Assembly: GCA_910585415.1 (NCBI GenBank)
Contig: CAJUDT010000001.1
Coordinates: forward strand, 42,149-106,148
Reading direction: 5' to 3'
From: an uncultured Flavonifractor sp.
GTDB lineage: Bacteria; Bacillota; Clostridia; Oscillospirales; Oscillospiraceae
DNA: 64,000 nt
The notes beneath the pieces were generated by a model, which had not been told where the DNA came from, searched no databases, and worked only from the letters and a program-made list of their open reading frames with translations. The position numbers were made by a program, and so were the translations under genes. Below are positions 54,961 to 64,000 of this stretch, in pieces. Each line of letters begins with the position of its first letter. Positions within the stretch are counted from its first letter, which is position 1.

Positions 54961-57900
54961 TCAAAACAGGGTCATCTGGCTAGTCTCCGGCATCCCGTCC
55001 AGAGCACCGGCAGCCTTGAGCTGCTCAATGTGGGTCTTGGACACCCTGGGACACGCGGCGGAAAATTCCTCGATGGAGATGAAGGACTTGCCCACCCGCT
55101 GCTCCACGATGGATTGTGCCGCCGACTCACCCAGGCCGGGAATGGACGTAAAGGGCGGCAAAAGGCTCTTGTGCTCCTTGTCCATCACGAAGTTGACGGA
55201 CTGGGAGCGGTACAGGTCAATGGGCTCGAAGGTGAAACCCCTCAGGTAGAACTCATAGACTACCTCCAGTGTGACCAGCATATCTTCCTCTACGGCGGTC
55301 GGCTTTTCCTTGCTGCGAATCTCCCGCATCTTTGCCTTGCACATGTCCATACCCCGACACATGCAGGTGGCGTCGAAGGCCTTGGCCCGAATGGAAAAAT
55401 AGGCGGCATAGAAGGCCAGAGGCTCATGGACCTTGAACCAGGCGATGCGGAAGGCCATCATCACATAGGCCACCGCATGGGCCTTGGGGAACAGGTACTT
55501 GATTTTTTTGCAGGAGCCGATGTACCAGTCGGGTACCCCCGCCGCTACCATCTCGTCCTCCGCCCCGTCGGGCAGACCCCTTCCCTTCCGCACGGCCTCC
55601 ATGATTTTGAAGGACCGCTTCTCCGGCATACCGCAGGAAATGAGGAAAATCATAATATCGTCCCGGCAGCCGATGGCCTGACCGACGGGAATGCCCATAT
55701 CGACAATCAAATCCTTGGCGTTGCCCAACCACACGTCGGTGCCGTGGGAGAAGCCGGACAGGCGCACCAGAATGTCGAACTCATGGGGCTGGGTGTCCAC
55801 CAGCATTCCCCGGACGAAGGAGGTTCCAAATTCCGGGATCGCCACCGCCCCGGTGGGCCCCAGGATGGGGTCGTCCACAAAGCCCAGCACCTCGGAAGAG
55901 GTAAAAATGCTCATGGTCCCCGGGTCGTCCAGGGGGATTTTTTGGGGGTCCACCTCCGTCAGGTCCTGGAGCATCCGAATCATGGTGGGGTCGTCGTGTC
56001 CCAGCATATCCAGCTTCAAGAGGTTGGACTCCATGGAATGATATTCAAAGTGGGTGGTAATGATGTCTGTCCCCGTGTCGTCGGCGGGGTGCTGCACCGG
56101 GCAGAAGTCATAAATTTCCCGGTTCTGGGGGATAACCACCATACCGCCTGGGTGCTGGCCGGTGGTGCGCTTCACCCCGGTACAGCCCTGAGCCAGACGG
56201 TTTTCCTCCGCCCGCGTGGGATTGCCGCCCCGCTCCTCCATGTATTTTTTCACATAGCCGAAGGCCGTCTTTTCCGCCACGGTGCCGATGGTCCCCGCCC
56301 GGAACACATGGGTCTGACCAAAGAGCTCAAAGGTGTACCGGTGGGCGCTGGCCTGATATTCGCCGGAAAAATTCAGGTCGATGTCGGGCACCTTGTCGCC
56401 GCCGAAGCCCAGGAACGTCTCAAAGGGGATATGAAACCCGTCCTTGGCGTACTGGGCCCCGCATACGGGGCACACCGCGTCAGGCATATCCGCCCCGCAG
56501 CCCGCCCCCAGCTCCTTGGCGGTGTCAAAATCCGAGTGCTTGCAGTTGGGGCAGCGGTAGTGGGGCGGCAGGGAGTTCACCTCGGTGATACCCGACATGA
56601 AGGCCACCAGAGAGGAACCTACCGACCCCCGCGAGCCCACCAGATAGCCATGGTCCAGGGAGTCCTGCACCAGCTTCTGCGCGGACATGTAAATCACGTC
56701 GTACTTGCACTTGATGATATCCCCCAGCTCGGCGTTGATGCGGTCCACCACCAGCTGAGGGGGCTCATCCCCGTAAAGGGCTTTTGCTTTCTCCCATACC
56801 AGCCGGGTCAGCTCCTCGGCGGAGTTCTCAATCTTGGGGGCGAAGAGCCCCTTGGGCAGGGGGACCACATCCTCACACCAGTCGGCCACCAAATTGGTGT
56901 TGCGGACCACCACCTCATAGGCCGTCTCCTTCCCCAGGTACGAAAATTCCTCCAGCATCTCCGCCGTCGTCTTGAAGTAAATGGGCAGGCTGGAATCGGC
57001 GTCCTCAAAGCCCTTGGAGGCCAGGAGCACATGCCGGTAGATCTCGTCCTCCGGGTCCAGGAAGTGGACGTCCCCGGTGGCGCACACCGGCTTGCCCAGC
57101 TCCTCCCCCAGCTTGACGATGGCCCGGTTGAAGTCCCGCAGCTCCTCCTCCGACCGCACCAGCCCCTTGCGGAGCATGAACATGTTGTTGCAGATGGGCT
57201 GGATTTCCAAAAAATCATACCAGGAGGCGATTCGCTTGAGCTCCTCAAAATCCTTGCGGCCCACCACCGCGCTGTAAAGCTCTCCCGCCTCACAGGCAGA
57301 GCCCAGAATCAGCCCCTCCCGATAGCGGTTGATGACGCTTTTGGGCATGATGGGGTAACGCTTAAAATGCTCCAAGTGGGCCTCGGAAATCAGCCGGTAC
57401 AGATTGCGCAGGCCCAGCTGATTCCTGGCCAGTACAATCAGGTGCTTGGGCTGGCGGCGGGCCTTGCCCTGGCCCCGCAGGAGGGTCATGGCGGGGTTAA
57501 TCTGCTGGAGGGTATGCACGCCCTGGTCCTCCAGCATCTTGAAAAAAGGGGTGAGCATGTAGGCCACCGTGGCCGCGTCGTCATAGGCCCGGTGGTGGTT
57601 GAACGCGGGCAGGTTCAAATGCCCCGCCACAATGTCCAGCTTGTGCTTACTCAGCTGGGGCAGGAGGTTTTGCGCCAGAATCAGGGTATCAATGGAGGTG
57701 TTTGTAAACGCCCTCCCCATCCTCCGGCACCCGGCGGCAATGAATCCCATGTCAAAATCCGCGTTGTGGGCGGCTAGAGGCCGGTCCCCGGCGAAGTCCA
57801 GAAAGGCGCGGATGGCCCCGGCCTGGGAGGGGGCCCCCCGAAGCATGGCGTCGGTGATTCCGGTGAGCTCGGTAATTTCCCGGGACAGGGGGCGCTCCGG

Positions 57901-59067
57901 GTCGGCAAAGGTGGAGAATTGCTCCGTTACTTCTCCGTTACGGAGAATCACCGCGCCAATCTCGGTAATCACATCCCGGCGGTTGTCCAGACCGGTGGTT
58001 TCAATGTCAAAGCAGACGATTTCCTCTGTAAAGTCTTGCTCCTTGTCACCATGAACCACCACCCGGTCGTCCACGTCGTTGATGTAGTAGGCCTCCACAC
58101 CGTAAAGTACCTTAATGTTCTTGGCGGAATGCCACGCGTCCGGGAAGGCCTGGGCAACACCGTGGTCAGTAATGGCAATGGCCCGATGGCCCCAGCTCTC
58201 CGCCCGCTTGACCACGTTCTTGTCCGGCCCCGCCTTGGGGGAAACCTGGGTCAGGGCGTCCATGGAGGACATAGTGGTGTGTAGGTGGAGCTCCACCCGC
58301 TTTTCCGGTGCGTCGTCGGTTTTCAGGACCCGCTTGCCCTCCATGATGGCGTAGGGCTCCAGCACCATGTCCCCGGTGAAGCGGTCAATGTTCAGCTTGC
58401 CCTGTACATGCAGATGCTGGCCCTTTTTCACCCCGTCCACAATGGACTTCCCCTCGTCGCCGGGGAAGAATTTGGAGACGCGCACCGAACCGGTGTAGTC
58501 GGTCATGTCGAAGCAGACCACCCACGCGCCGCGCTTTTTCAGCTCCCGGTGGTCTACGGCGAACACGTCCCCCTCCACAACAACGGTCCCCATGTCCAGC
58601 TCCAGACTGCCCATGGGAAAGGGGTCCTTTTTTACCTCATGCCGCCCATAGATGAGCTTTCCCTTTGTCTTGGAGCCCGCTTTTTTCCCGGCGGGCTGGG
58701 CGACCTTGAGTTTCTTCAGGGCCTCCCGGCGGAGGGCCTCCGTCCGCGCGAAGGGGTCCTCATCCACCGGCACCGGAGCCGGCTCCGGTGTCTCCGCGGC
58801 GGCAATCCGCTCAATTTTAGCCGGCGGCTCTTTTGGCTGAAACTCCAGCGCCACCCGCTCCACCCGGTAAGCCAGGGCGATACTGCGCTCCAGCGCCTCC
58901 TGCTCCGCCGGAAGGGGCAGGGAGGCGCACTCCACCACCGCCCGAATAGAGCGGGCGCTTTTGTCAATCACAGCCTGCGTCACCAGCAGCTTTTCCGCCA
59001 GCTCCGCCAGCATTTCCCCCGGCGTCCAGGCGGAAAACAGCTTCAAAAATGGTATCTTCTGCGACAT
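54961..59067 (-). CDS. polC: DNA polymerase III alpha subunit, Gram-positive PolC type
   Basis: 1368 aa. Internal 3'-5' exonuclease domain (CFDIETTGL ... HRAYDDA), PHP domain (ELHLHTTMSSMD) and polymerase core. Confidence 0.97.
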   Translation of the reverse strand: MSQKIPFLKLFSAWTPGEMLAELAEKLLVTQAVIDKSARSIRAVVECASLPLPAEQEALERSIALAYRVERVALEFQPKEPPAKIERIAAAETPEPAPVPVDEDPFARTEALRREALKKLKVAQPAGKKAGSKTKGKLIYGRHEVKKDPFPMGSLELDMGTVVVEGDVFAVDHRELKKRGAWVVCFDMTDYTGSVRVSKFFPGDEGKSIVDGVKKGQHLHVQGKLNIDRFTGDMVLEPYAIMEGKRVLKTDDAPEKRVELHLHTTMSSMDALTQVSPKAGPDKNVVKRAESWGHRAIAITDHGVAQAFPDAWHSAKNIKVLYGVEAYYINDVDDRVVVHGDKEQDFTEEIVCFDIETTGLDNRRDVITEIGAVILRNGEVTEQFSTFADPERPLSREITELTGITDAMLRGAPSQAGAIRAFLDFAGDRPLAAHNADFDMGFIAAGCRRMGRAFTNTSIDTLILAQNLLPQLSKHKLDIVAGHLNLPAFNHHRAYDDAATVAYMLTPFFKMLEDQGVHTLQQINPAMTLLRGQGKARRQPKHLIVLARNQLGLRNLYRLISEAHLEHFKRYPIMPKSVINRYREGLILGSACEAGELYSAVVGRKDFEELKRIASWYDFLEIQPICNNMFMLRKGLVRSEEELRDFNRAIVKLGEELGKPVCATGDVHFLDPEDEIYRHVLLASKGFEDADSSLPIYFKTTAEMLEEFSYLGKETAYEVVVRNTNLVADWCEDVVPLPKGLFAPKIENSAEELTRLVWEKAKALYGDEPPQLVVDRINAELGDIIKCKYDVIYMSAQKLVQDSLDHGYLVGSRGSVGSSLVAFMSGITEVNSLPPHYRCPNCKHSDFDTAKELGAGCGADMPDAVCPVCGAQYAKDGFHIPFETFLGFGGDKVPDIDLNFSGEYQASAHRYTFELFGQTHVFRAGTIGTVAEKTAFGYVKKYMEERGGNPTRAEENRLAQGCTGVKRTTGQHPGGMVVIPQNREIYDFCPVQHPADDTGTDIITTHFEYHSMESNLLKLDMLGHDDPTMIRMLQDLTEVDPQKIPLDDPGTMSIFTSSEVLGFVDDPILGPTGAVAIPEFGTSFVRGMLVDTQPHEFDILVRLSGFSHGTDVWLGNAKDLIVDMGIPVGQAIGCRDDIMIFLISCGMPEKRSFKIMEAVRKGRGLPDGAEDEMVAAGVPDWYIGSCKKIKYLFPKAHAVAYVMMAFRIAWFKVHEPLAFYAAYFSIRAKAFDATCMCRGMDMCKAKMREIRSKEKPTAVEEDMLVTLEVVYEFYLRGFTFEPIDLYRSQSVNFVMDKEHKSLLPPFTSIPGLGESAAQSIVEQRVGKSFISIEEFSAACPRVSKTHIEQLKAAGALDGMPETSQMTLF

Positions 59068-59322
59068 TTATCCTCGATTCTCCTTTGTCCAAGGCTCGTC
59101 CGCAACAAACAGAATCACATCCGAGTGCTCCCGGTTCCACTCCATGCACCAATCCCGCCAGTGCTGGTGGTCCCCTTCCTCAGCGGAGGGGTCACGGTCC
59201 CGAAAGCTCTGGAGCATGGCAATCAGCTCGTTCAGCTCATCTCGGGTGCAGACCAGGGAGGCCTCCCGCAGGACCTGGGGCCGCTCCGCCCCGCTGTCCC
59301 ACGCATATCCAAAGGCCAGCAC
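59068..59322 (-). CDS. 84-aa hypothetical protein translationally abutting polC
   Basis: GTG start with GGGGGGA about 5 nt upstream. Its TAA stop is immediately followed by the polC ATG (TAAATG). I recognised no family. The sequence is Trp/acid-rich: HQHWRDWCMEWNREHSD. Confidence 0.45.
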   Translation of the reverse strand: MLAFGYAWDSGAERPQVLREASLVCTRDELNELIAMLQSFRDRDPSAEEGDHQHWRDWCMEWNREHSDVILFVADEPWTKENRG

Positions 59323-59334
59323 GCAAATCCCCCC

Positions 59335-60372
59335 TTAAAGCGCGTCAATGAGCTGAAACAGCTCATCCACCAGCGCCCCCTGGGGGACCTTTTTCACAAT
59401 CTCCCCCTTGCGGAAGAGCAGGCCCTCGCCGTCGCCTCCGGCGATGCCCACGTCAGCGGCGGAGGCCTCGCCGGGGCCGTTGACCGCGCACCCCATCACC
59501 GCCACGGTAATGGGCTTATGTACCTCCCGCAGGCGTTCCTCTACCTGCTCCGCCAGACCAATTAAATCAATGCGGGTCCGCCCGCAGGTGGGGCAAGCAA
59601 TCAAATTGGGCTCCCCCTCCGCCAAACCCACAGCTTTCAAAATGTCCTTGGCGGCATAAATTTCCTCCACCGGGTCGGCGGACAGGGAGACCCGCAGGGT
59701 ATCCCCTATCCCCAGGGCCAGCAGGCCCCCAATACCCACGGCAGATTTTAGAGTCCCCATGCGCAGAGTACCCGTCTCGGTGACCCCAAGGTGTAACGGA
59801 TAATCGCTTGTCTGTGCCATCAGCCGGTAGGCCGCCATGGTCACCGGCACACCGGAGGATTTCAGGGACACGCAGATGTCATGAAAATCGTACCGCTCCA
59901 GAAGGGCAATGTGCCCCATAGCCGACTCCACCAGGGCCTCCGCCGTCACGCCGCCGTATTTGGCCAAAATGGGCTTTTCCAGGGAGCCTCCATTGACCCC
60001 GATGCGAATGGGCACGCCCTTTTGACGGCAGGCGTCCGCCACCGCCTTCACCCGGTCCGCGCCGCCGATGTTGCCGGGGTTGATGCGCACCTTGTCACAT
60101 CCAGCGGCCACACATTCCAGGGCCAGCTTATAATCGAAATGAATATCCACCACCAGAGGTATGCCAATCTGCTCCCGAATGGCGCCAACCGCCCTGGCTG
60201 CGGCCATATCGGGCACCGCCGCCCGGACAATCTGACACCCGGCTGCCTCCAGCCGCTTGATTTGGGCCACGGTGGCCCCAACGTCGCTGGTGGGTGTATT
60301 GGTCATCGACTGAATGGTGACCGGCGCGCCCCCGCCGATGGGGATGCCGCCCGCTAAAATCCGCTTTGTCAT
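59335..60372 (-). CDS. ispG: 4-hydroxy-3-methylbut-2-en-1-yl diphosphate synthase
   Basis: [18 protein letters not shown] and the [16 protein letters not shown] cluster ligands. Confidence 0.95.
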   Translation of the reverse strand: MTKRILAGGIPIGGGAPVTIQSMTNTPTSDVGATVAQIKRLEAAGCQIVRAAVPDMAAARAVGAIREQIGIPLVVDIHFDYKLALECVAAGCDKVRINPGNIGGADRVKAVADACRQKGVPIRIGVNGGSLEKPILAKYGGVTAEALVESAMGHIALLERYDFHDICVSLKSSGVPVTMAAYRLMAQTSDYPLHLGVTETGTLRMGTLKSAVGIGGLLALGIGDTLRVSLSADPVEEIYAAKDILKAVGLAEGEPNLIACPTCGRTRIDLIGLAEQVEERLREVHKPITVAVMGCAVNGPGEASAADVGIAGGDGEGLLFRKGEIVKKVPQGALVDELFQLIDAL

Positions 60373-60382
60373 ATATTTTCTC

Positions 60383-61456
60383 CTACAGCAGCTTCATCAC
60401 GTCGCTGACGGCGACCACCACCATCAGTCCAATTAGACAGAAAAAGCCCGCCATGTTTACATAGCCCAGGTATTTGGGGTCAATGCGCTTCCGGGTAATC
60501 AAATGCCACAGGCCGTCCACCGCCAGGAACAAAATCTGTCCCCCGTCCAGGGCCGGAATGGGCAGCAGGTTCATGACCGCAAGGTTAATGGCAATGAAGG
60601 ACACGAACTCCAGAATATTGCGGGCCGCACCGGCAAAGCCGCCGGCTTGTGCGCCCGCCTGGCCCATTTCTCCCATCATGTCCACAATGCCGATGGGCCC
60701 GGACATGTCCCGCACGCTCACCGAGCCGGAAAGCAGGTCCCCCAGACTCAGCCACACCATACGCACGTAGTCAATGGCCTGATACCAGGCGTATTTCAGC
60801 CGCCCGGCTATCCCGACTTTCTCCACCACGCCGATATAAATCCCGCGCCTTTGAACCTCGTTTCCGTTTTCATCCACCAGGGTCCGCACGGGGATGGAGA
60901 AGCCGTTCAGCGCAATGCGCGCCCCGTCCCGCTCCACCTCCAGGTCCACCACGTCCCCGGCCCGGCCCAGATACAGGAGGGCGTCGGAGTTGAAATAAAT
61001 GCGGTGGCCGTCCACCCGGTAAATCCGGTCCCCCGGCAGAAGCCCCGCCGCCTGTAAATCCTCCGCGCCGCTCATGTATCCCCGAATCACCGGGGCCGCA
61101 ATGCCCTCGGTCTGCGCAAAGAGGAACAGAATCAGCAGCACACCGGCTACGAAGTTGAAGAAGGCCCCCGCCGCCAGAATAATCAGCCGCTTCCATGCGG
61201 GCTTATTGCCAAAGGCCCTTGGGTCGTCGGAATCCTCTCCCTCCCCCTCCATTGCGCAGAAGCCGCCAATGGGAAAGGCCCGCAGAGAGTAGAGCGTCTC
61301 CCCCTTCTCTCTGGAGAGCAGCTTGGGGCCCATGCCAATGGCAAACTCGTTGACCCGCACGCCCAGAGATTTGGCGGCAATGAAGTGCCCGAACTCGTGG
61401 ATTGCAATGAGCGCCCCGAACATGAGCACGGCAATGAAGATATACAAAATGGTCAT
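60383..61456 (-). CDS. rseP: RIP metalloprotease RseP/YluC (M50 with PDZ)
   Basis: HEFGHF zinc motif, a PDZ-like segment ([12 protein letters not shown]) and [11 protein letters not shown]. Confidence 0.9.
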   Translation of the reverse strand: MTILYIFIAVLMFGALIAIHEFGHFIAAKSLGVRVNEFAIGMGPKLLSREKGETLYSLRAFPIGGFCAMEGEGEDSDDPRAFGNKPAWKRLIILAAGAFFNFVAGVLLILFLFAQTEGIAAPVIRGYMSGAEDLQAAGLLPGDRIYRVDGHRIYFNSDALLYLGRAGDVVDLEVERDGARIALNGFSIPVRTLVDENGNEVQRRGIYIGVVEKVGIAGRLKYAWYQAIDYVRMVWLSLGDLLSGSVSVRDMSGPIGIVDMMGEMGQAGAQAGGFAGAARNILEFVSFIAINLAVMNLLPIPALDGGQILFLAVDGLWHLITRKRIDPKYLGYVNMAGFFCLIGLMVVVAVSDVMKLL

Positions 61457-61477
61457 AAACGGCCTCCTTGATTGGGG

Positions 61478-62623
61478 CTATGCCCCTGGGTACGCCAGCG
61501 CGGCGGCACGGGCGGCGGCGTCTGCGGTCAGCACGTCCTCCAAAGCGGGCTTCTGCACCACCGCCGTCCGCTCCAGCGCCCAGGCCACCCGCTCCGCAAT
61601 CTCCCCGAAGGGAATCCTCCCCTCCAGGAAGAGGCCCACCGCCGCCTCGTTGGCCCCGTTGAGCACCGCTGTGGCGGTTCCTCCGGTTTTCGCCGCCGCC
61701 AGGGCCAGGGACAGGCACGGAAAGGCCTCATAATCCGGTTCCTGGAAGGTCAGGGGCGGACAATGGAGCAGGTCCAGAGTCTGCGCCGGTCCCGGCACCC
61801 GCTCCGGCCAGGTGAGGGCATACTGAATGGGTAGGCGCATGTCCGGCGCGCCCAGCTGCGCCAATACTGCGTTATCACAGTATTCCACCAGGGAGTGAAT
61901 GATACTCTCCCGGTGGACCACGATGGAAATTTTTTCGGGGGGCATCCGGTACAGCCGCATAGCCTCGATGAATTCCAGCCCCTTGTTCATGAGGGTAGCC
62001 GAGTCCACGGTAATCTTGGCCCCCATGGACCAGTTGGGGTGCTTGAGGGCCTGCTCCCGGGTGGCGTGATAGACGGCCTCCCGGTTCATCCCGAAAAAGG
62101 GACCCCCTGAGGCTGTGAGGATTAAGCGCTTAACCTCTCCGTGGCTCCGGCACCCCTGAAGGCACTGAAACAACGCGGAGTGTTCCGAATCCACCGGCAG
62201 CAGCTCCGCCCCCCGGCGGTCCGCCGCCTCCATAACCAGCTCCCCGGCGCACACGAGCGTCTCCTTGTTGGCCAGAGCCACCCGCTTTCCCGCCTCCAGC
62301 GCTGCCAGTGTGGGCCGCAGGCCCACCATACCCACCACGGCGGTGAGCACCGTGTCCGCTTCCTCCAGGGAGGCGGCCTCCAAGAGTCCCTCCATGCCGG
62401 AGGCCACCCGCACCGGGGTATCGGCCAGACGCACCCGCAGGCCGGCGGCGGCGCGCTCGTCCATCATCACCGCCAGCCTGGGACCAAACCGGCGGCACTG
62501 CTCTTCCAGCCGCGCCTCGTCCCGGTTGGCGGTCAGCGCGGCCGCAGTCATGCCGCAGGCGGCAATCACTTCCAATGACTGCCGCCCGATGGAGCCGGTA
62601 GAACCCAGCAATGAAATTGTCAT
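61478..62623 (-). CDS. dxr: 1-deoxy-D-xylulose 5-phosphate reductoisomerase
   Basis: Start MTISLLGSTGSIGRQSL at 62623. LANKETLV, DSEHSA and NKGLEFIEA are present. Confidence 0.95.
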   Translation of the reverse strand: MTISLLGSTGSIGRQSLEVIAACGMTAAALTANRDEARLEEQCRRFGPRLAVMMDERAAAGLRVRLADTPVRVASGMEGLLEAASLEEADTVLTAVVGMVGLRPTLAALEAGKRVALANKETLVCAGELVMEAADRRGAELLPVDSEHSALFQCLQGCRSHGEVKRLILTASGGPFFGMNREAVYHATREQALKHPNWSMGAKITVDSATLMNKGLEFIEAMRLYRMPPEKISIVVHRESIIHSLVEYCDNAVLAQLGAPDMRLPIQYALTWPERVPGPAQTLDLLHCPPLTFQEPDYEAFPCLSLALAAAKTGGTATAVLNGANEAAVGLFLEGRIPFGEIAERVAWALERTAVVQKPALEDVLTADAAARAAALAYPGA

Positions 62624-62627
62624 GGAC

Positions 62628-63455
62628 TCACCTCCCAATGGCGGGCAGGGTACGAATCAGCAGTTCCATCAGCGGCGCGCAGAAAATCACACTGTCAAAC
62701 CGGTCCAAAATCCCCCCATGCCCCGGCAGGAGGTTGCCAAAGTCCTTGATGCCATACTCCCGCTTGATGGAGGAAAAGGACAAATCCCCCAGCTGAGACA
62801 CCACACTGCCCAAGCCGCCATAGAGGGCCAGACGCAGGTAATCCACCTGATACTGAAACAGCAGGCGCAGGCCCGCGCCGTACAGGACGGTACACACCAC
62901 CGCGCCCAGCAGACCGCCAACGGCCCCCTCCACCGTCTTTTTGGGCGAGAGGGACGGGGCCAGCTTGTGCTTGCCAAAGGCCATACCCGCAAAAAGGGCG
63001 AAGGCGTCACTGACAAAGGCGGCAATCAGGGGGAGAATGATAAGGCTCCGCCACAGGTCCTCCATCAGCCGGATCCGCAGGAAGGAGGACAGGAAAAAGG
63101 GCACAAATACCGACAGGAAAAAAGCGCCCCCCATTTTCTCCAGTCCAATCCGGCCCCGGCTGGCGATGGCCTCGCTGAACAGCAGAATGACGTACAGAAA
63201 CAGCCCCCACAGGGCGGGCAGCGCCTGCCCGTCATAGAACACCCAAAAGGGAATCAGTCCCGCCAGAAGGATGGAGTAGCCGGAAATGCGGGGGTGCTTC
63301 AAAAAGCTGGTGGACCAGAGGGCCTCATGGACCGCCAGCATGGAGATAACCGCGATGGCAATGGGCAGGACAATGGGCCAGCCCGGAGATACGCCATAAA
63401 TCATCCACAGCAGCAGCGGAATTGAAATCACCGCAACCATTACTCGCTGAACCAC
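62628..63455 (-). CDS. cdsA: phosphatidate cytidylyltransferase
   Basis: CDS signature SDLSFSSIKREYGIKDFGNLLPGHGGILDRFDS. GTG start overlapping the uppS stop. Confidence 0.9.
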   Translation of the reverse strand: MVQRVMVAVISIPLLLWMIYGVSPGWPIVLPIAIAVISMLAVHEALWSTSFLKHPRISGYSILLAGLIPFWVFYDGQALPALWGLFLYVILLFSEAIASRGRIGLEKMGGAFFLSVFVPFFLSSFLRIRLMEDLWRSLIILPLIAAFVSDAFALFAGMAFGKHKLAPSLSPKKTVEGAVGGLLGAVVCTVLYGAGLRLLFQYQVDYLRLALYGGLGSVVSQLGDLSFSSIKREYGIKDFGNLLPGHGGILDRFDSVIFCAPLMELLIRTLPAIGR

Positions 63456-64000
63456 TAGACACCTCCAAACCGGCGGGAGCGGCTCTGATAGGCCGCCAGC
63501 GCCCGGTGCAGTTCGTCCTTGGAAAAGTCAGGCCACAGGGCCTCGGTAAAATAGAACTCGGCGTAGGCCGACTGCCACAGGAGAAAATTGGACAGCCGCT
63601 GTTCCCCGCTGGGCCGGATTACCAAATCCGGGTCGGGCACCCCGGCGGAATCAAGGTACTGTCCAAAAGTCTCCTCGTCCAGGAAGCCGGGGGCCGTCTC
63701 CCCTGCCGCGCAGGCGGCGGCAAAGGCCCGGACTCCCCGCAAAATCTCGTCCCGGCCTCCGTAATTGAGGCAGATGTTCACCTGAACCCCCTCGTAGTGC
63801 CGGGAAATTTCCTCCGTCTGAGCGCACAAGTCTCGCAGCTCCTGACTCAGGGGGGACAGGTCCCCGAAAAATTTCATCTTGACCCGGTCCCGCTCCATCT
63901 TGCCGATGGCCTCCACCAGATACTGTTTCAGCAGGCCCATAATGGCGGAAACCTCTTCCTGCGGGCGGCTCCAATTCTCGGTGGAGAAGGCGTACACCGT
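63455..64000 (-). CDS. uppS: undecaprenyl diphosphate synthase (isoprenyl transferase), 5' end outside the window
   Basis: YAFSTENWSRPQEEV and RLSNFLLWQSAYAEFYF are present. The ORF runs off the window edge. Confidence 0.9.
   Translation of the reverse strand, partial: TVYAFSTENWSRPQEEVSAIMGLLKQYLVEAIGKMERDRVKMKFFGDLSPLSQELRDLCAQTEEISRHYEGVQVNICLNYGGRDEILRGVRAFAAACAAGETAPGFLDEETFGQYLDSAGVPDPDLVIRPSGEQRLSNFLLWQSAYAEFYFTEALWPDFSKDELHRALAAYQSRSRRFGGV

Noticed and set aside
54913-57777. 954-aa ORF on the + strand, the longest + strand ORF in the track.
   Set aside because: It is entirely antisense to the strongly conserved polC gene. The translation is a low-complexity G/H/L/P/R/V-rich string with no motifs and no RBS. 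It is a classic shadow ORF of a high-GC gene.
1-64000. Search for tRNA, rRNA, CRISPR repeats, IS elements/transposases, integrases, prophage genes and canonical defence systems (RM, CBASS, retron, Abi, TA pairs).
   Set aside because: No spaced direct-repeat array, cloverleaf-like sequence or recombinase/reverse-transcriptase/methylase-like translation was noticed in any frame. All intergenic regions are under 400 nt and are explained by promoters, terminators or the FMN riboswitch. A by-eye scan cannot exclude short dispersed repeats.

Overview
This is a 64-kb high-GC chromosomal segment; hand-counted 60-nt lines give roughly 60-68% GC. It comes from a spore-forming Firmicute of the Clostridia. 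Gene content and GC fit an Oscillospiraceae/Flavonifractor-like organism, but that is inference only. There are about 60 genes. Nearly all are on the minus strand and tightly packed, with many 1-4 nt stop/start overlaps.

Gene order by coordinate:
1. Three wall-binding proteins without signal peptides (+ strand).
2. His operon hisZ-G-D-B-[GNAT]-H-A-F-I-E.
3. Membrane protein, FAH-family hydrolase, engB, lon, clpX, clpP, tig.
4. Metallophosphoesterase, thrC, M19 dipeptidase, yraN, rnhB, rbgA, rplS.
5. Translationally abutting M23/M50 peptidase pair.
6. Orphan hybrid sensor kinase with two receiver domains.
7. Accessory patch: low-GC LRR protein, Zn-ribbon membrane protein plus HxxxDG acyltransferase, Uma2 nuclease, SdpI-like protein.
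8. asp23 and a complete spoIIIAA-AH operon.
9. ECF sigma / anti-sigma pair.
10. Two M16 peptidases plus lgt.
11. Three small signal-anchored proteins (+ strand).
12. FMN riboswitch-ribU-PNPOx-like operon (+ strand).
13. A 2356-aa cyclic beta-1,2-glucan synthase-like protein.
14. Ferritin.
15. uppS-cdsA-dxr-rseP-ispG-(84-aa ORF)-polC.

I saw no rRNA, tRNA, CRISPR array, transposase/integrase or canonical defence system. The best novelty candidates are the giant glucan-synthase homologue in a monoderm sporeformer, the low-GC LRR gene, the Zn-ribbon/acyltransferase pair, the three-gene signal-anchor cassette, the GNAT gene embedded in the his operon, and the small ORF coupled to polC.

Many long ORFs in the supplied track are antisense or alternate-frame shadows typical of high-GC DNA, and I rejected them. 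CDS coordinates are derived from the ORF track by codon offsets. Small-motif coordinates (promoters, hairpins) were indexed by hand and may be off by 1-2 nt.
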